This document shows, piece after piece, positions 38,737-52,640 of a stretch of 64,000 nucleotides of DNA. Under the pieces are notes generated by a model. That model was not told the DNA's origin and did no database searches. It saw nothing but the letters and a program-made list of their open reading frames with translations. Origin of the DNA: Glycera tridactyla (taxonomy: Eukaryota); the NCBI GenBank assembly GCA_965644265.1, contig OZ286459.1, positions 85,870,001 through 85,934,000 on the forward strand, read 5' to 3'. Numbering within the stretch: position 1 is the stretch's first letter; every line of letters starts with the position of its first letter. Both the position numbers and the translations under genes were made by a program.

Positions 38737-41700
38737 GTATGTGGGAATGCAGGATTAAATTCTAAGAGAGTGAAAAATTACAGGATACTGGTAGGAGGAA
38801 TGGTGTGTAGATTTCACAGCAAGTAACCAACATAGCGGTGTTCCATAAGGTGTTCTGGTATTGATGGACTGTTGGTTTTATGTGCCCGGGAGTGTGACAT
38901 GTGAAGAGCCAAACCATCTTCCTGTGGTGGTATAATGTGCTGCCATGGTGCGTCATAGGTCAGATGCTTGTTGTCTAACGAATGAGTAACCTCAGACTGA
39001 TAATCTGGTGATCTCATGATTTAAAAGCAAAGGTTAGGTGATACACTTGCCCCACATAAAACTGGAAATGGGAACCCAAATTTATCCATTGAGATATTAT
39101 CATTATAACAATCAAATGATCAATCACTGTCCTCCCAAGATATCTTATCGGAGAAAGTCTTTTTCGAGTTGTGCACCAGATTTTCAAGCATTCGATAGAT
39201 TAATCAATCAATCCAAGGCTCAATAGGACATGAGAGAAAAACATTCATGAGGAGTACAGATTAGCCGGGGTGAGAAAGCACCACGTTTGAATGGGTGGCC
39301 AGCCAACTGGTTAGGTGATGTGTCTATGATGGTGCCAGAGTATTTTTTCACAAATATTGACAGCCTCTTTTCCTAATTAATTAGTCAGTGCATGTCATTC
39401 GTCCATCAGCCTGGCAATCAACTTGACTTCTTCACAACATATGATGGATAGAGACCGTCTCACAACCATTATAGATAGACCCTTGACGCAGGCCTTAATT
39501 ATAGCAAATACATGCCGCTGTTAGCCAGACATTGTGAATCTTCAATGGGCTTGGTCACGGGATGTAGCATGTCCGTGATCTGCAGCACAGTCAAGGATCT
39601 CTAACTTCTCTACCCTTACTGCTAACCTCGTGCAAATGATTACGATCAAAACCAAGATGTAAAATATCAGTTTATCTCATATTTCAAACCATTTTCTACA
39701 CCATCAAACAACACTGATAGCGTGTATAGCGTGTATATTTCATATGATCTCGATAAATTATGTGTGAGATCACCCGTTACTTTAACACTCATAGCCTCAG
39801 GGGTTCTATTTTTCTGCAGTTGTAGTTCTCGTCAAATCTCGATAAGTATTGCCTGCGATTTCGTGAGACTTTGAAATCTCCTAGCCTCGGGTTTTGTTTC
39901 TTCAGGGAAAGTCTTCTGGTGTGCTTTGACTCGAATGTTTTGATTGTATTCATTTGTTCCTTTATGAAGACTTTCATCCATGCCTCATCGGCCCCAAGGT
40001 CATATCACATGATATCATGGAACTCAAATTCGATCCAGCAAATATAATTCAATTATGAAAAACAGTAAGATGTTAGAATAAAATGATCAGATTGCTGTTT
40101 CATTCATGTTAGGTTACGCTCAGTATGTATTTTCTTTTCGAATCTGAAATATTCAATATATGAGGTGACTTGATATGGTAATATCATAATCAAGGTAATG
40201 CGACGTTGGGAAAGAACATGTTCGTCTTCATCATTGCCCAAAAGTATGAAGCCATGAAAAAATCTTGATACTTGCTCATCAAATATCTTAACGGAACAGA
40301 ACCCCTGTGTCAAATGGCGGAAACCTAACTTGGTTCCCTCGTCTGATATCGTGTATCCACTGGTTTAGTTGGACTTGGAAAGAGTGCAAGCGGAAACCAC
40401 GATGAGGGTAGGTGGGAGACGCTAAGAGTGGAATAACCGCGAGATGTATTCATGAATCTTGTTCGCTCAAGTATTCCATACATTAATATCTGACACATGT
40501 GGCTCGTGGGAAAACAACATTCGATATTGCCTGTAACATTTCATCATTGTATTCAGCTATTCAGGTTGTACGCCATGATGAAATTGCGCACATTGACTGG
40601 CCTTGTGACGTATAGCTATCAGCTCAGGTTTTCACGCACTTCCGATAGAGTTCATCAGGATTTCAATTCCATCTCCCCATACACGGATCGCTCAACCCAG
40701 ATTTTTATTAGACTAAGTCAAGTTTATTTTCTTCAATCCATCCGTATCCTCAGTTGGCGATAGAGCATGATGACAAAAATGGAAATGTTGAGGTTTTAGG
40801 TCCACTTTCTGGCAAGAGGAAGCATAAATATATATTCGAGGATGACCAATTATGAGATCATGATGGATAATGTTTTTTTGTGTGAAATTTGAAACACATT
40901 TTTGCAATTGTCCACGGGCATGAAGAATAGCCACTATTTACGAGTCTCAGTAACTATCCGACATAGGTTGAAGCCTGGAAATGAACATTCTAATCAATAT
41001 GCCCCTCTGGGATGGATGATGGAGAGTCATGACATGTTTGTCGATGATGCCTGACAGTCCTTGCCGGTTGACCCTAGGGGCCCGACATTTATGATGAGCA
41101 TGAGTGCCATGGCCATTCATCAAATGTCCATCAACTTGGCCGAAAATTAGGTTGATTGATTACGAGAAGTTAGTAGATCGTGTATGTCTAGCATCATTGA
41201 TTGCAGTCGATGGACGACTCAACTACTGGATGATTCATGGGATAGGTATCAATTTTCACACGATAGATGATAAAGAACTCTCTTCTCTGCTTATACCACT
41301 CAATGACTTTCAGAGTGAATGTTAGCTGAATTACAAAGGTGAAGTAGCTGTAGCCGTCTGTATATTTGCAACTTCCACAGATCAACATATATGTGATGCG
41401 ACTTGGTATATGACTGATGCTTTACTTGTACAATGTCTCTTTACGAACACCTAGATTTTGAAATAATGATAGTTATGAAATGATGATATGGAGACTGTAG
41501 ACATCCATGTTGCCGAATCAGATTTGAATGTGAATAGGAGAGATCGGCGGCACCCTATTTTAGCATGTCATGCCTGTCGACAACGTTTCTTGATAGACCG
41601 GTATCCCATCAGCATACACAAGACGGTGAAGGTCAGATGTTGCGTCATGAAAATGGCCTGAATTACTGAGCTACAAATGCATGCGACTGCGGATGACATA

Positions 41701-41962
41701 TGTGTTGATGGAGTGTCTGGCTGTGTTTCGGTGGAGTGCCTGCTTGCTTGGATTTGAGTGGACCAATTCACTCTCAGAAGTGGGAGTATTGTTTCAATAC
41801 TTCTCGTTACCCAGTGAGAAGAATTCGATGCTGGGTGGGCTGTGTGCGTACTGGCTTGGATACTCTGGCGAAGTCGGCCTCACTATATATAAGGGTTACC
41901 ATTTCCTGATAATATGACTGGTAAATGGACGAGCAATCGACAGAATAATCTATAATGGGGTT

Positions 41963-42260
41963 CGAGTGAGTGAGTGAGTGTGTGAGTGAGTGAATGAATG
42001 AGTGGCTGAGTTAATGAGTGAGTGAGTGGACAATATATGATGCAACGAGTGAGCGGATGATTATGTGGATGATTGGGTGAGTGCAAGAGTGAATCGATGG
42101 CTTGGTAAGTCAGAAAATGGTTGGGTGAGTGTCTAAATCGAGGTGCGAAGAAACGCATTAGCCGGTTGGTGCGTGAGCGGGTGGGTGGGTGGATGACTAT
42201 GTGCGTGGATGGGGCAGTAAATGGATGGGACGGTGAATGATAGTTTGAGCATTCCCCACC
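41963..42260. repeat. Degenerate (GAGT/GAAT/GGAT)n tetranucleotide tract
   Basis: Direct inspection. Confidence 0.85.
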
Positions 42261-43280
42261 CTGTATTCAATCGTGAAGGCATCCAGATTGTATAAGCCAT
42301 TTCATCAATCTGTAATCGCGTAATCCTGAATGACAGCCGTATTTAAATGCAAATCACACGGGACATAAGATTCGTAATTCAATAAGAAGGGCAGTATTAG
42401 ATTTATCGACGAATGAATTGCATGAAAGCAATCAAATGCTCAACTGCTTATGATAAATTCATCACAGCTTTGCTTGATAGGATGTTCGAGATTTTCTCAT
42501 TTCATTCAGACTAACAGGCTCCAAATTTATAAGTTTCAGTAATATTTCATTTGATAGCAAAACACTCGTTTTGACTGACGAGTGATCACAGAAGGGAAAT
42601 GAGCACATCTATCACGTATGTATAGAAACAGGAGGTGATACATGTCAGGTCTGGCTCACCATGTGGTTCGCACATATCATGGATGTAAAAAGTGTAGTGG
42701 TGTATAGTCTGGTATCCTGAGCAAGTACACCTGACTTCACAATACATTCCTTTGCAGGTGAAGTATACGACCACAGACACAGAATTAACTGCATGGGGTG
42801 AGCACTCTACAATAACCATCACTGCCTATAGCCACGTATCCATTCACACCTGGGTTTAGTGAAGTGGTGGATTATGGAGGTTCCACTCGATCACCTCCAC
42901 ACAGAAATGACTTCTTAGTGAGTAGCACAGATCATACAGATATGTGTAATGGTGTAGGTCCGGTATGGAATGGTGAACCTTGTCCATGTTGGTCACCCGT
43001 CCGAGGAGGAGCCCTGCTCACTATCGTCAACAGAGATGCTCGGTTGAGAACCGGAGTGTGTGCACCCCGCCAGAGAGAGGTGATCATTTCAATGCTTATC
43101 TGCGATCCGACAACAGTGAACCTATAGTGGAACAGCCATTTGGGATAGAGGCTTATCTCTGGAGTCACCCCTTCAGAAGGTACCACAGTTGTTGTTCTTC
43201 ATCGAAATACTCATTATGATCTTGGGCATCTGGAACTGACATCCATGTGGGTCAAAACCTAGACGACTTGAGAAATCCTG

Positions 43281-43294
43281 GTTTCCATGGCAAC
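43281..43294. promoter_or_regulatory. RFX X-box-like motif GTTTCCATGGCAAC
   Basis: Matches GTTNCCATGGNAAC. It may simply be part of a repeat remnant. Confidence 0.3.
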
Positions 43295-43970
43295 CAGTTG
43301 CCTAAATTTGGGGAGAATGGAGAATGCCTCAGATCAGCAATAATTTGGTTCACATTCATGGATGAAAGGTCTATTTCGATGTTTTTCCACATAAGCCCTT
43401 TGATGGGAGCCATATTCTCCACGAGAATTCCATTTCTTATCTTCCTTGGTAACAGTGAAGAATGGTTAAAAATAGGTTGAAATGGCACCTTTAGGGGCGA
43501 AAGTGCCATCAATCATCCTATTCTGGCAATTCATTTTTCCACTAATCAATGTTGCTAATTCACTCAAACCTACTCTTATGGCCAATGTCATTCTCAGGGA
43601 ATGATTAGATTAGAGGGTGGGTGATCACCGCGATCACTCCCTGGTCAAAGTGATCATTCCCTACTGCGTTTGGGTGTGTTGTGACGTCACGTCGCTCATC
43701 CCGCCTTCACACTGTAACAACCGTTGCTATGTCAAGTCATGTCAAGTTTTACACTGCGCAATGGACCACCCGCTCGACGTGATCATTCCATGCTGCGCCT
43801 CTTCTTTGATAATCTGTCGTACACGAATCAGTCTTTCGGATAAGTTTAGTATTTGCCGAATGCTATCAGATCAGAAGTGCAAAAATCACATGAAAAATGG
43901 AAAAAATAATCGAATAGCCAATATACCACATCCTTGGTATATGCATATGCCTTTTTGATGGTTGTGTGTC

Positions 43971-44287
43971 AATCCCCACCAGGTTTGCTTTCTGACCTGG
44001 GGGTTAACACTTACCTGTTCCTCCATCAAATAGTGATCCTTCCTCCCTCCCCCCCTCTCACGCATGTATGTATATAATTGTTGTGAATTATGACTTGCAA
44101 AAGCGCGACATCATCGACATTATCGCCTGGTCGTATATAAAGGGCGCTTTGTGAGCGGAAGGATAGGAGCCAACTGTGAGAAAGATTTTCAATTGGGGTT
44201 GAAGGTGGGCGATTAGGTGAGATTTGATGCAAAATTTGATGGAGAAACATGTAACTCCCAGGTTAGCAAGCAAACCTGGGTGGGATT
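43971..44287. mobile_element. MITE-like element of about 320 bp with imperfect inverted arms of about 38 bp
   Basis: aatccccaccaggtttgctttctgacctgggggttaaca (43971-44009) versus the reverse complement of 44250-44287, aatcccacccaggtttgcttgctaacctgggagttaca. Confidence 0.65.
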
Positions 44288-46857
44288 AACAACAAGTAGC
44301 ATCGGGCAGATCTGAACCTGTTTGGAATTCGACAGTTTGGCCGGCTGATTAATGATCTAATGTCCCGTGAGCAATGAGTGGACCTTTTTACAATGGGCAT
44401 GATTATCCGAAATTTCAAATGGCATGATTTGGACACAGTAACAAACAGTGCCACCGGTCTGGAATAACTATCAACAAACATGATTGTATGATCACACAAA
44501 CTTGGCTGCTAATTGGACTCAAAACAGAGTTGTACACGCCTTGATGTCATGAAAAGAAAAATTTACAACTTAAAACGTGACAAACATGATGATTCATGGC
44601 TGCATCATACCTGGATGAGGGAAATGAGCTGACTGGCTAAATTCCATATTCCAAGCAAATTCAAAAGGATTCCGAACAGTTCAAATTTGTATTGCTGAAT
44701 CCGGTGAGGTCTGCCCTTCTCCCCCCTTGAACAGCCCTCGAACACATCACCGCGTTACCCCACCCCACACACTCACACTCACAAGCACTCGCATATAAAG
44801 ACAATGGACAATTGACATCATTTTATCAAAGTTCCGGATACAAGGTCATGATTTCCAAAAAAAACCAAACTTTTTAAATTTATCTGTTCATTTATCTTTT
44901 CGTTTCCTTCATTCATTCATTCATTCATTCACTCATTCATACACATTGGTAGTTAGCGAGAAAATTCAAGACTATGAGTCAGCTCCGTCGAGGGAAGGTC
45001 GGAATAATCAATTCGTTCATCACTCATTCACTTGCTTTGTTATGTATCATTCCATTCATTTATCTATTCAGTCATTCGATTTTTCAGTCACATATCACGT
45101 CTTTGAAAATCTGTTGGGAACTAGCGCCATAGGCCAGATGAAACTGACTCCACATGTGATCATGAATGTTGTGGTAATGATACTTCACTTGAAATTGAGT
45201 GGGTGTGTTGCTCGTTACGCCTGTCTAAGGGTATGATTGGTGACGACCTCTGGTGTCATTAATCGCCTCCATGCCGGCTTCTGTGGGGTGGCACCACCTT
45301 CATGGTTTACACCAACAGCCAGCAAGCCTGAAATGTCTCTCATATTCATTACCTTGGTCATATTGAACCCTCCACTACGTGAGTTGCACCCGCCAAGCAA
45401 TATACATGGACAGATCAAATCGAACCTCAAAGTAAAGTGTGTATCCAAATCGATCCGTGTTTTCAAACTTTTTCAGAAATTGTAATCCACAAGCCGCTGA
45501 ATATTGTCATCATGTCAGATGTTGGAAAGACGAATGGGAGCAATTTACATAATATGATGAACTATTTTTGGGATGAACAAGAAGGCATCTGATATTGCAT
45601 AATTGCACAATAACGGGGCACTGCACTTGCACAGAGCCCATATTTTGCCGATATGATTGTCTGTCTATGCGAATACAAAGGGTGATCCAATTCCCACTGA
45701 GACAGCCTTTACCCAAGCCTATCCACGCATTCTATCCTTGTGGAAGCGTATCTATTGGGTCAGGTTTCTTTTTCACAGTTTCATGACAAGCTGAGACGAC
45801 GCATCAATGTGATGAGAGTTGTTATGTGCCGTGCTAACAAAGATTGATCCCATTGACAGGAATTGCAAGAGAGAGAAATCTATATGCATTCAACAACGTT
45901 CAGTTCAACTTGTTTTGAAGAAGTTGAGCCAACAGGGGTAGGGCATATTACAGTCCTAAATCAGAATGACATAGAACACTTTCGGGTTGATTCATATACA
46001 CTAGCCGATCAATTAGTTATCATCCAACACCTCCGTGATGTAAAATTTCGAGAAAGAAGGACAGAATGAAGGAGAAAGAGTGGGCGCCTATGGTGATTGG
46101 CACCTCTGCGCCTCCTTATACAATCAAGTGGAGGTCATGGCTTGGTGTGTCTTTCTATAAACCAAACCTAATCAGTCTCGCAAATTAGACAGCCAGCTTC
46201 ATTACAGACTCGTCAAGGCTGCTGTCCTTACCATACTAATGATCCTTGCGTAAAGACCAGGGGACCAGCAGGATAGTCTTGCCGCCCTTCATTTCCACCC
46301 ATCCCGGAAGCTATTAATTTTGCATACTCGGTTCGGGTACCAATTTGCAGTCGGTCCGTGGCAGTGAAAATAAAAACCGGAGACTCTCTTCAGCTAGGGA
46401 ATTCCTGGTGTGTTATTGGTTACATAACCCAACCGCTGAACCTGCTGTGGTCACTGCCCTTGTACGCACCTCATGAAGACTCTGAACTTACATGATCAGT
46501 CATAATTGTGTGTTGGTCTGAATATGTACAACATCAGACATATGGAGGGTGTGTTGGTGTAGGGACAGAAGTGCTGAGCTCGCCTCTCTCTACTGCCACT
46601 AACCCCATATCGTGTAAAGCACGCAATAGACACGTGGTGATATGAGCCAAAGCCTCTTCTGATCCGGGAGGGTTTAATTAAAATCAAGAATATTATAGAT
46701 ATTTAATCCAACCACATCCAAGATGAAGGCCTGGTACAACAGTTCTCTATGGTTCAACCAATTCTAATTAATACTAGCCTCTTACTACATTAGCACTAAC
46801 TCACTGTACATATTTGTGTATATATGTTGAATTTGTTACCTGGTTACCTGTTCTATT

Positions 46858-49624
46858 ATGTTACAATTCCCTACTCCCTTCCCACTCCCAGATCTTGAAT
46901 ATTCAATTGCTGCACTGTCGAGACAGAGGCGAATAGGATTTGGATTTCTCAACGTAAGAAGCTTAGTTCGAAAAATTGATGACATCAATATTCTTCTCAT
47001 CAGAAGTGGTCTTAAGCTGCTAGCGCTCTCTGGAACATTCCTAAATGGATCAATCTGCTCGGCAGAACTAGATATCCCTGGATATACATTACATCGTGCT
47101 GATCGCACACCAGCGAGTGGGAAACTATGTGGTGGTGGTATTGTGGTCTATACAGATAGTAACTATGATTTCATTTTGGTGGAAAATTCCCACTACGTTT
47201 CCCCAAATATTGAGATCCTGTGGCTGAAATTGTCACTCCTGCACACTCGACCAACTTATATCTGTGTGATCTATCGGCCCCCATCGGGTAGTGTGAACGT
47301 GGTATTGGACAAACTAGAACTAAGTCATTTACACCTGAATCCAGAGGCCTTTTCAGACGTCATATGGCTCGGAGATATAAATGTGGATTTCCGTAAAAAG
47401 ACCCCTGCTGCTCGTAAATTACGTCGTATAGGCTTAAAATACCACATGTCTCAACGCATTCGATCCCCAACCAGGGTCACGAGTGAAACTGCCACGATGA
47501 TAGATCACATCTGGGTGAATAACACCACCCAATTTTCGTATTCAGGAACCATACATCCGGGGATCAGTGATCACTCCTTAGTATTTATCTATCGTCAGCG
47601 TGCAAAATTAAGCCGTATACGACATTGCTTCAGTTACAGGACGAAGAAGGATCTAGATACTGGTACATTAAATAGAGATCTCCCCGAGCGTTGCGATCGA
47701 ATTGAGGTCTTGAAAGAAGACATTGACGGAAGCATCAGTGTATTAAATGGTGTATTTAAAGCCGTACTGGACAGACGAATGCCTATAGTATATAAGACTA
47801 GAAGAGTCACAAATGCCCCGTGGGCAACTGATAGTTATTTGACCGGGGTGGACAAGCGCACCTATTGGTCGTCTTGCTACTCAAATACTGGCCATGGAGA
47901 CCACCTGAGGCAAAAACTAATGTGCGCAAATGAATGCATGGAAATCAAACACTACCTTAAGAGAAACCATATTAATGACCCTATTATAAAAGCAGGGGAG
48001 GATAACCGGAAATTATGGAATATCTATCGCTCTCTTTACCCTAGGGCCAGGGCCACTGGCCATACCATACCCAAGATCAGGGGCTGTCTCTCTACCGAGG
48101 AGGGTGCCAACTGCCTAAATGAATTTTTTACAAATGTTGGTCCTGAACTCGCGGCGGAAATAGAATCAGTGCCCACAGAGACATTGCCCTCCCCGCCCAC
48201 CGATAAGTTCACCCTACATGAAATTGATGAGACGGATATAGAAAAGATTGTCTCAAACCTGAAAAAGTCCAATGCTACTGCCGAGGATTCTTTCTCTAAC
48301 GCATACCTGTCACTCACTCTACCGGGGCTACGGAAGATTCTCACCAAGATAAACAATGCCTCACTGGAAAGAAGTATATTTCCTGCCAGTTTAAAACGAG
48401 CTATAATAACACCCATCCCGAAAACTAATAAACAATGTGACCCAGGGGATTTTCGCCCAATTTCAGTTCTACCGTGTGTCGGGAAAGTCTTGGAGCGAGT
48501 GGTGAATAATCAGCTGGTGGATTATCTAAACGTGAATAAAACCGTGTTGAGGGCCCAGGCGGGGTTCAGGAAGTATCACTCCACAGTCATGTGCCTAGCG
48601 GGCTTTACAGAACACATTTATGGGGCAATAGATGAGGGCAAGATGGTGGGGGTGATCTTTCTGGATCTCGCAAAGGCCTTCGTCACGGTCAACCATAATC
48701 TCTTGCTTGAGAATCTCCTGACAATTGGCCTTGATGAGGTATCCTTGGAATGGGCAAACAGTTATTTGAGCAAACGATCCCAGGCTACTAGGCTTAGCAA
48801 TACTGTATCCTGCCTTCGAGAAGTGAAATGTGGAGTACCACAGTCTCAAATTGTTCTTTAAGCGAAGAAAATTGAGCTTGAACTTATCAAAGTCTTGCTT
48901 CATGATTTTGGGTTCTAAAAATAGGCTAAATGCTAATAAAGCTGAGACAGACACTCTGGGTGATCGCCTTGGTATGAAACAAGTCGTGTCCATGAAATAT
49001 CTGGGATTCTTATTGGACCCAAGTCTGACGTTTAATGTACATATCTCTAAGCTGATCATAGATCTACAAGCTCGAACGTCCCAGTTACGACGTAATAGAT
49101 CCTTGATGAGCCTATATGCTGCCCGACAAATAGCACTTTCCGTTATAATATCTCCGGTCAACTACGGGTGTACAATCTATGGGGGAGGTAGTGTGACACT
49201 CTTAAAGAAACTGGTCGCTGCTTTTAACGATCTACTTCGTACTGTCTGTAGAATGGACTCAAGTGTTCTACAACCTCACCTTCTAAAGGCTTGTAACCTT
49301 CTGAGTCTTGAGTCAATTCGGAAAAAACAATTGTTGCTAGAAACCTTCAAGATACGCCATAATGAAACCTCCATTGAACTACGTACGATCTTTGAGAAAT
49401 ACATGCCGGACTACTCAAGGGAATCATTGCGAACTAGAAGTCATGAGAGAGGGGGTATGTTGCCTCCACTTCGAGAGACCGAACTTGGAAAACGTTCATT
49501 TACTTTCCGCTCGATATCACTATGGAATAATCGTCCAACTGATCTACAAAATGCAACTTCCACACTCGCATACAAACGAGCACTACATGAATATTTCTAT
49601 AAAGAGATGCAGAGCCACAGTTAA
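46858..49624 (+). pseudogene. CR1/L2-group LINE ORF2 (APE-RT), inactivated by an internal deletion and frameshift
   Basis: APE motifs FLNVRSL, IYRPPSG, GDINVD, MIDH, SDH. RT motifs DFRPISVL, QAGFR, DLAKAFVTV. GVPQ joins directly to LKLFFKRRKLSLN in another frame at about 48843, so GSILGP...YADD is missing. The thumb and HER...SFTFRSISLWN C-terminus are retained. Confidence 0.95.
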
Positions 49625-52507
49625 TCCAACCCTAACTAGGGGAGAAACCATTAAGTACATGTGAAAATAGGATGTGCCTCTATCCGATAGTGCAAGAGTG
49701 ACTGAAATTTACTCACGTGATCGTATTACATGCCATGTAGCATTGTCAATTATCATGGTCGCTCACGGTGTTACTAATGTATCACTGCAAGCCTTAAACT
49801 GTAGCTGGGAGAGAACTGAGTTAATCCATTCCTGAATTGTATTATACGTGATTGTATGACCCAATGGGAGTATTTGTCATTGCTTGTCTCGTCGATTATA
49901 ATGGCGCTGATGCGCAGTCAATATGTATCCTCAACTGTCGTGTGAGNNNNNNNNNNNNNNNNNNNNNNNNNNNNNNNNNNNNNNNNNNNNNNNNNNNNNN
50001 NNNNNNNNNNNNNNNNNNNNNNNNNNNNNNNNNNNNNNNNNNNNNNNNNNNNNNNNNNNNNNNNNNNNNNNNNNNNNNNNNNNNNNNNNNNNNNNNNNNN
50101 NNNNNNNNNNNNNNNNNNNNNNNNNNNNNNNNNNNNNNNNNNNNNNNNNNNNNNNNNNNNNNNNNNNNNNNNNNNNNNNNNNNNNNNNNNNNNNNNNNNN
50201 NNNNNNNNNNNNNNNNNNNNNNNNNNNNNNNNNNNNNNNNNNNNNNNNNNNNNNNNNNNNNNNNNNNNNNNNNNNNNNNNNNNNNNNNNNNNNNNNNNNN
50301 NNNNNNNNGTGTCTTTCTAAGTGCGAAAGAGAATGTATCTTGGTAGTTTTTCATCCTCGGATAGATTTGCATCGTGAGCTGGCAAGGTCAATGATGATAA
50401 TAATGTTGATGATGATGGTATGAGATGAGTTCTTTCTAATTATGATGACAGATATGATCATGATGATATACATTTTCTCTTATCTTTCAAAAGAGTATTG
50501 CTCATACAGATATGAAATTTCAGATGTATTTTGATGAGTATATACCCGTGCCTCTGCTGTAGCACACCCAGACGAAGGCCAACATATTTGAACAGATACC
50601 TGAACGATTCGTCTCTGGGAAAAATCATGATATTTCTGGTTGCATATACCAGCCATACCAGTTGGAAGTTGAGTAATTCGAATCAGCTCGAAGAAGGAAT
50701 CAGACTCCTGCCAGAGGATATGTATTACGTCATGTTTGTGCCTATCCGAAAGGCCGTGGTGTACAGTCGGCGTAGAAACGGGACTCGCCAGCCAGTGTCT
50801 TCCTTGATGGATTTCTGGCTTTACTTGCAAGGTCTGCATAATTGATCAGGAGGCATATGATAGTTTACCTTGTAGGGGGAGTCCATTACGTGGAAGTCAT
50901 ATGAGGTCTGTCCACTCAGAGCCTGGTCGGATGACATATTCCCCCATCCAAGCTGATTGCTCGCGTTCGTTAGTAGATTAAGACAAACTGTTACANNNNN
51001 NNNNNNNNNNNNNNNNNNNNNNNNNNNNNNNNNNNNNNNNNNNNNNNNNNNNNNNNNNNNNNNNNNNNNNNNNNNNNNNNNNNNNNNNNNNNNNNNNNNN
51101 NNNNNNNNNNNNNNNNNNNNNNNNNNNNNNNNNNNNNNNNNNNNNNNNNNNNNNNNNNNNNNNNNNNNNNNNNNNNNNNNNNNNNNNNNNNNNNNNNNNN
51201 NNNNNNNNNNNNNNNNNNNNNNNNNNNNNNNNNNNNNNNNNNNNNNNNNNNNNNNNNNNNNNNNNNNNNNNNNNNNNNNNNNNNNNNNNNNNNNNNNNNN
51301 NNNNNNNNNNNNNNNNNNNNNNNNNNNNNNNNNNNNNNNNNNNNNNNNNNNNNNNNNNNNNNNNNNNNNNNNNNNNNNNNNNNNNNNNNNNNNNNNNNNN
51401 NNNNNNNNNNNNNNNNNNNNNNNNNNNNNNNNNNNNNNNNNNNNNNNNNNNNNNNNNNNNNNNNNNNNNNNNNNNNNNNNNNNNNNNNNNNNNNNNNNNN
51501 NNNNNNNNNNNNNNNNNNNNNNNNNNNNNNNNNNNNNNNNNNNNNNNNNNNNNNNNNNNNNNNNNNNNNNNNNNNNNNNNNNNNNNNNNNNNNNNNNNNN
51601 NNNNNNNNNNNNNNNNNNNNNNNNNNNNNNNNNNNNNNNNNNNNNNNNNNNNNNNNNNNNNNNNNNNNNNNNNNAGAGCTTCGTCGGGTTTCAGTATAGC
51701 ATGTATTCAAAATAGGCATCCGTCGCTAGTTGCTAAACATATGAGGTACTGTCCGCTGTGCGTGTTCACAAATCATGCATGACGCATTTGCATTTTTCCT
51801 TCAAAGGCTATCGACTGAATACAAAATAGGCGGTCAATACAGTCGAGTCATGACGGTGGATCAATGTTGCCTCATTGTCCCCACGAAGGTCTCGTAAAGA
51901 AATTATATATGCTGGTACATTCAATCATCTTGGAACAATTCTCATTCGAATGAAATGTATTCTTTTTCTTCTATCCATGATTCGAAGATATACGGACATC
52001 ATATTAAGCAATATCATTTTAAACCTGAATACAGAAGATGCCATATGAATCATCCAGACACTGTACTCTATATAAATGACATTGACAAATACTATCAAAT
52101 TTGAATTGCATCTCTCAGAGAGGGTATTGCTTGTGAAGATGCGGATTGTCAGAGCAGTTCCTTCTACGTGCCGCACTAACCGAATATCCGACCGACATAC
52201 TCGTGGTGAGGTTGAATATTGCAAGTGTGAAAACGTTGACCTTTATCCTATTGCACCCTCAAGCCAGGCGCAGGGGGGCCAGCTACAGTCCTTATTGGAT
52301 CTGATGGGCGTTAACCAATGACTTACAAACATAGTAATCAAAGTCCAAAGTGAAGTATCAAACACCCGCAATGAGACTATGGACTAGACTAACTAACTGT
52401 TTAGGTCATGAATGTGAACTCGTCACCGATGCAAAGAACTTCACCCATGGGAGCGAAAACAAAAGTGGTGCTCTCGAAAAACTCATCATCATAAAATGTC
52501 GTCTTGC

Positions 52508-52640
52508 ATAGTGTGCAGGCAATTGGCGATGCCAGAAGCTACCAGATCCCAATAGTGTGCAGGCAATTGGCTACGCCAGAAGCTTCCAGATGCCAATAGT
52601 GTACAAGCAATTGGCTACGCCGGAAGCTATCAGATGCCAA
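52508..52640. repeat. 44-bp tandem repeat, three copies
   Basis: atagtgt(g/a)ca(g/a)gcaattggc... starts at 52508, 52552 and 52596. Confidence 0.95.

Noticed and set aside
48835-48850. Splicing as the cause of the RT-core deletion
   Set aside because: The retained junction (ccacag|tctc) does not fit removal from a GT donor in the expected CAG-GGN-TCN sequence.
49852-51719. Long ORFs composed of X
   Set aside because: They span N gaps. The same applies to ORFs at 6151-6603 and 27245-27844.
52508-52640. 44-bp repeats as a possible CRISPR array
   Set aside because: Contiguous tandem units with no unique spacers, no cas genes, and a eukaryotic context.
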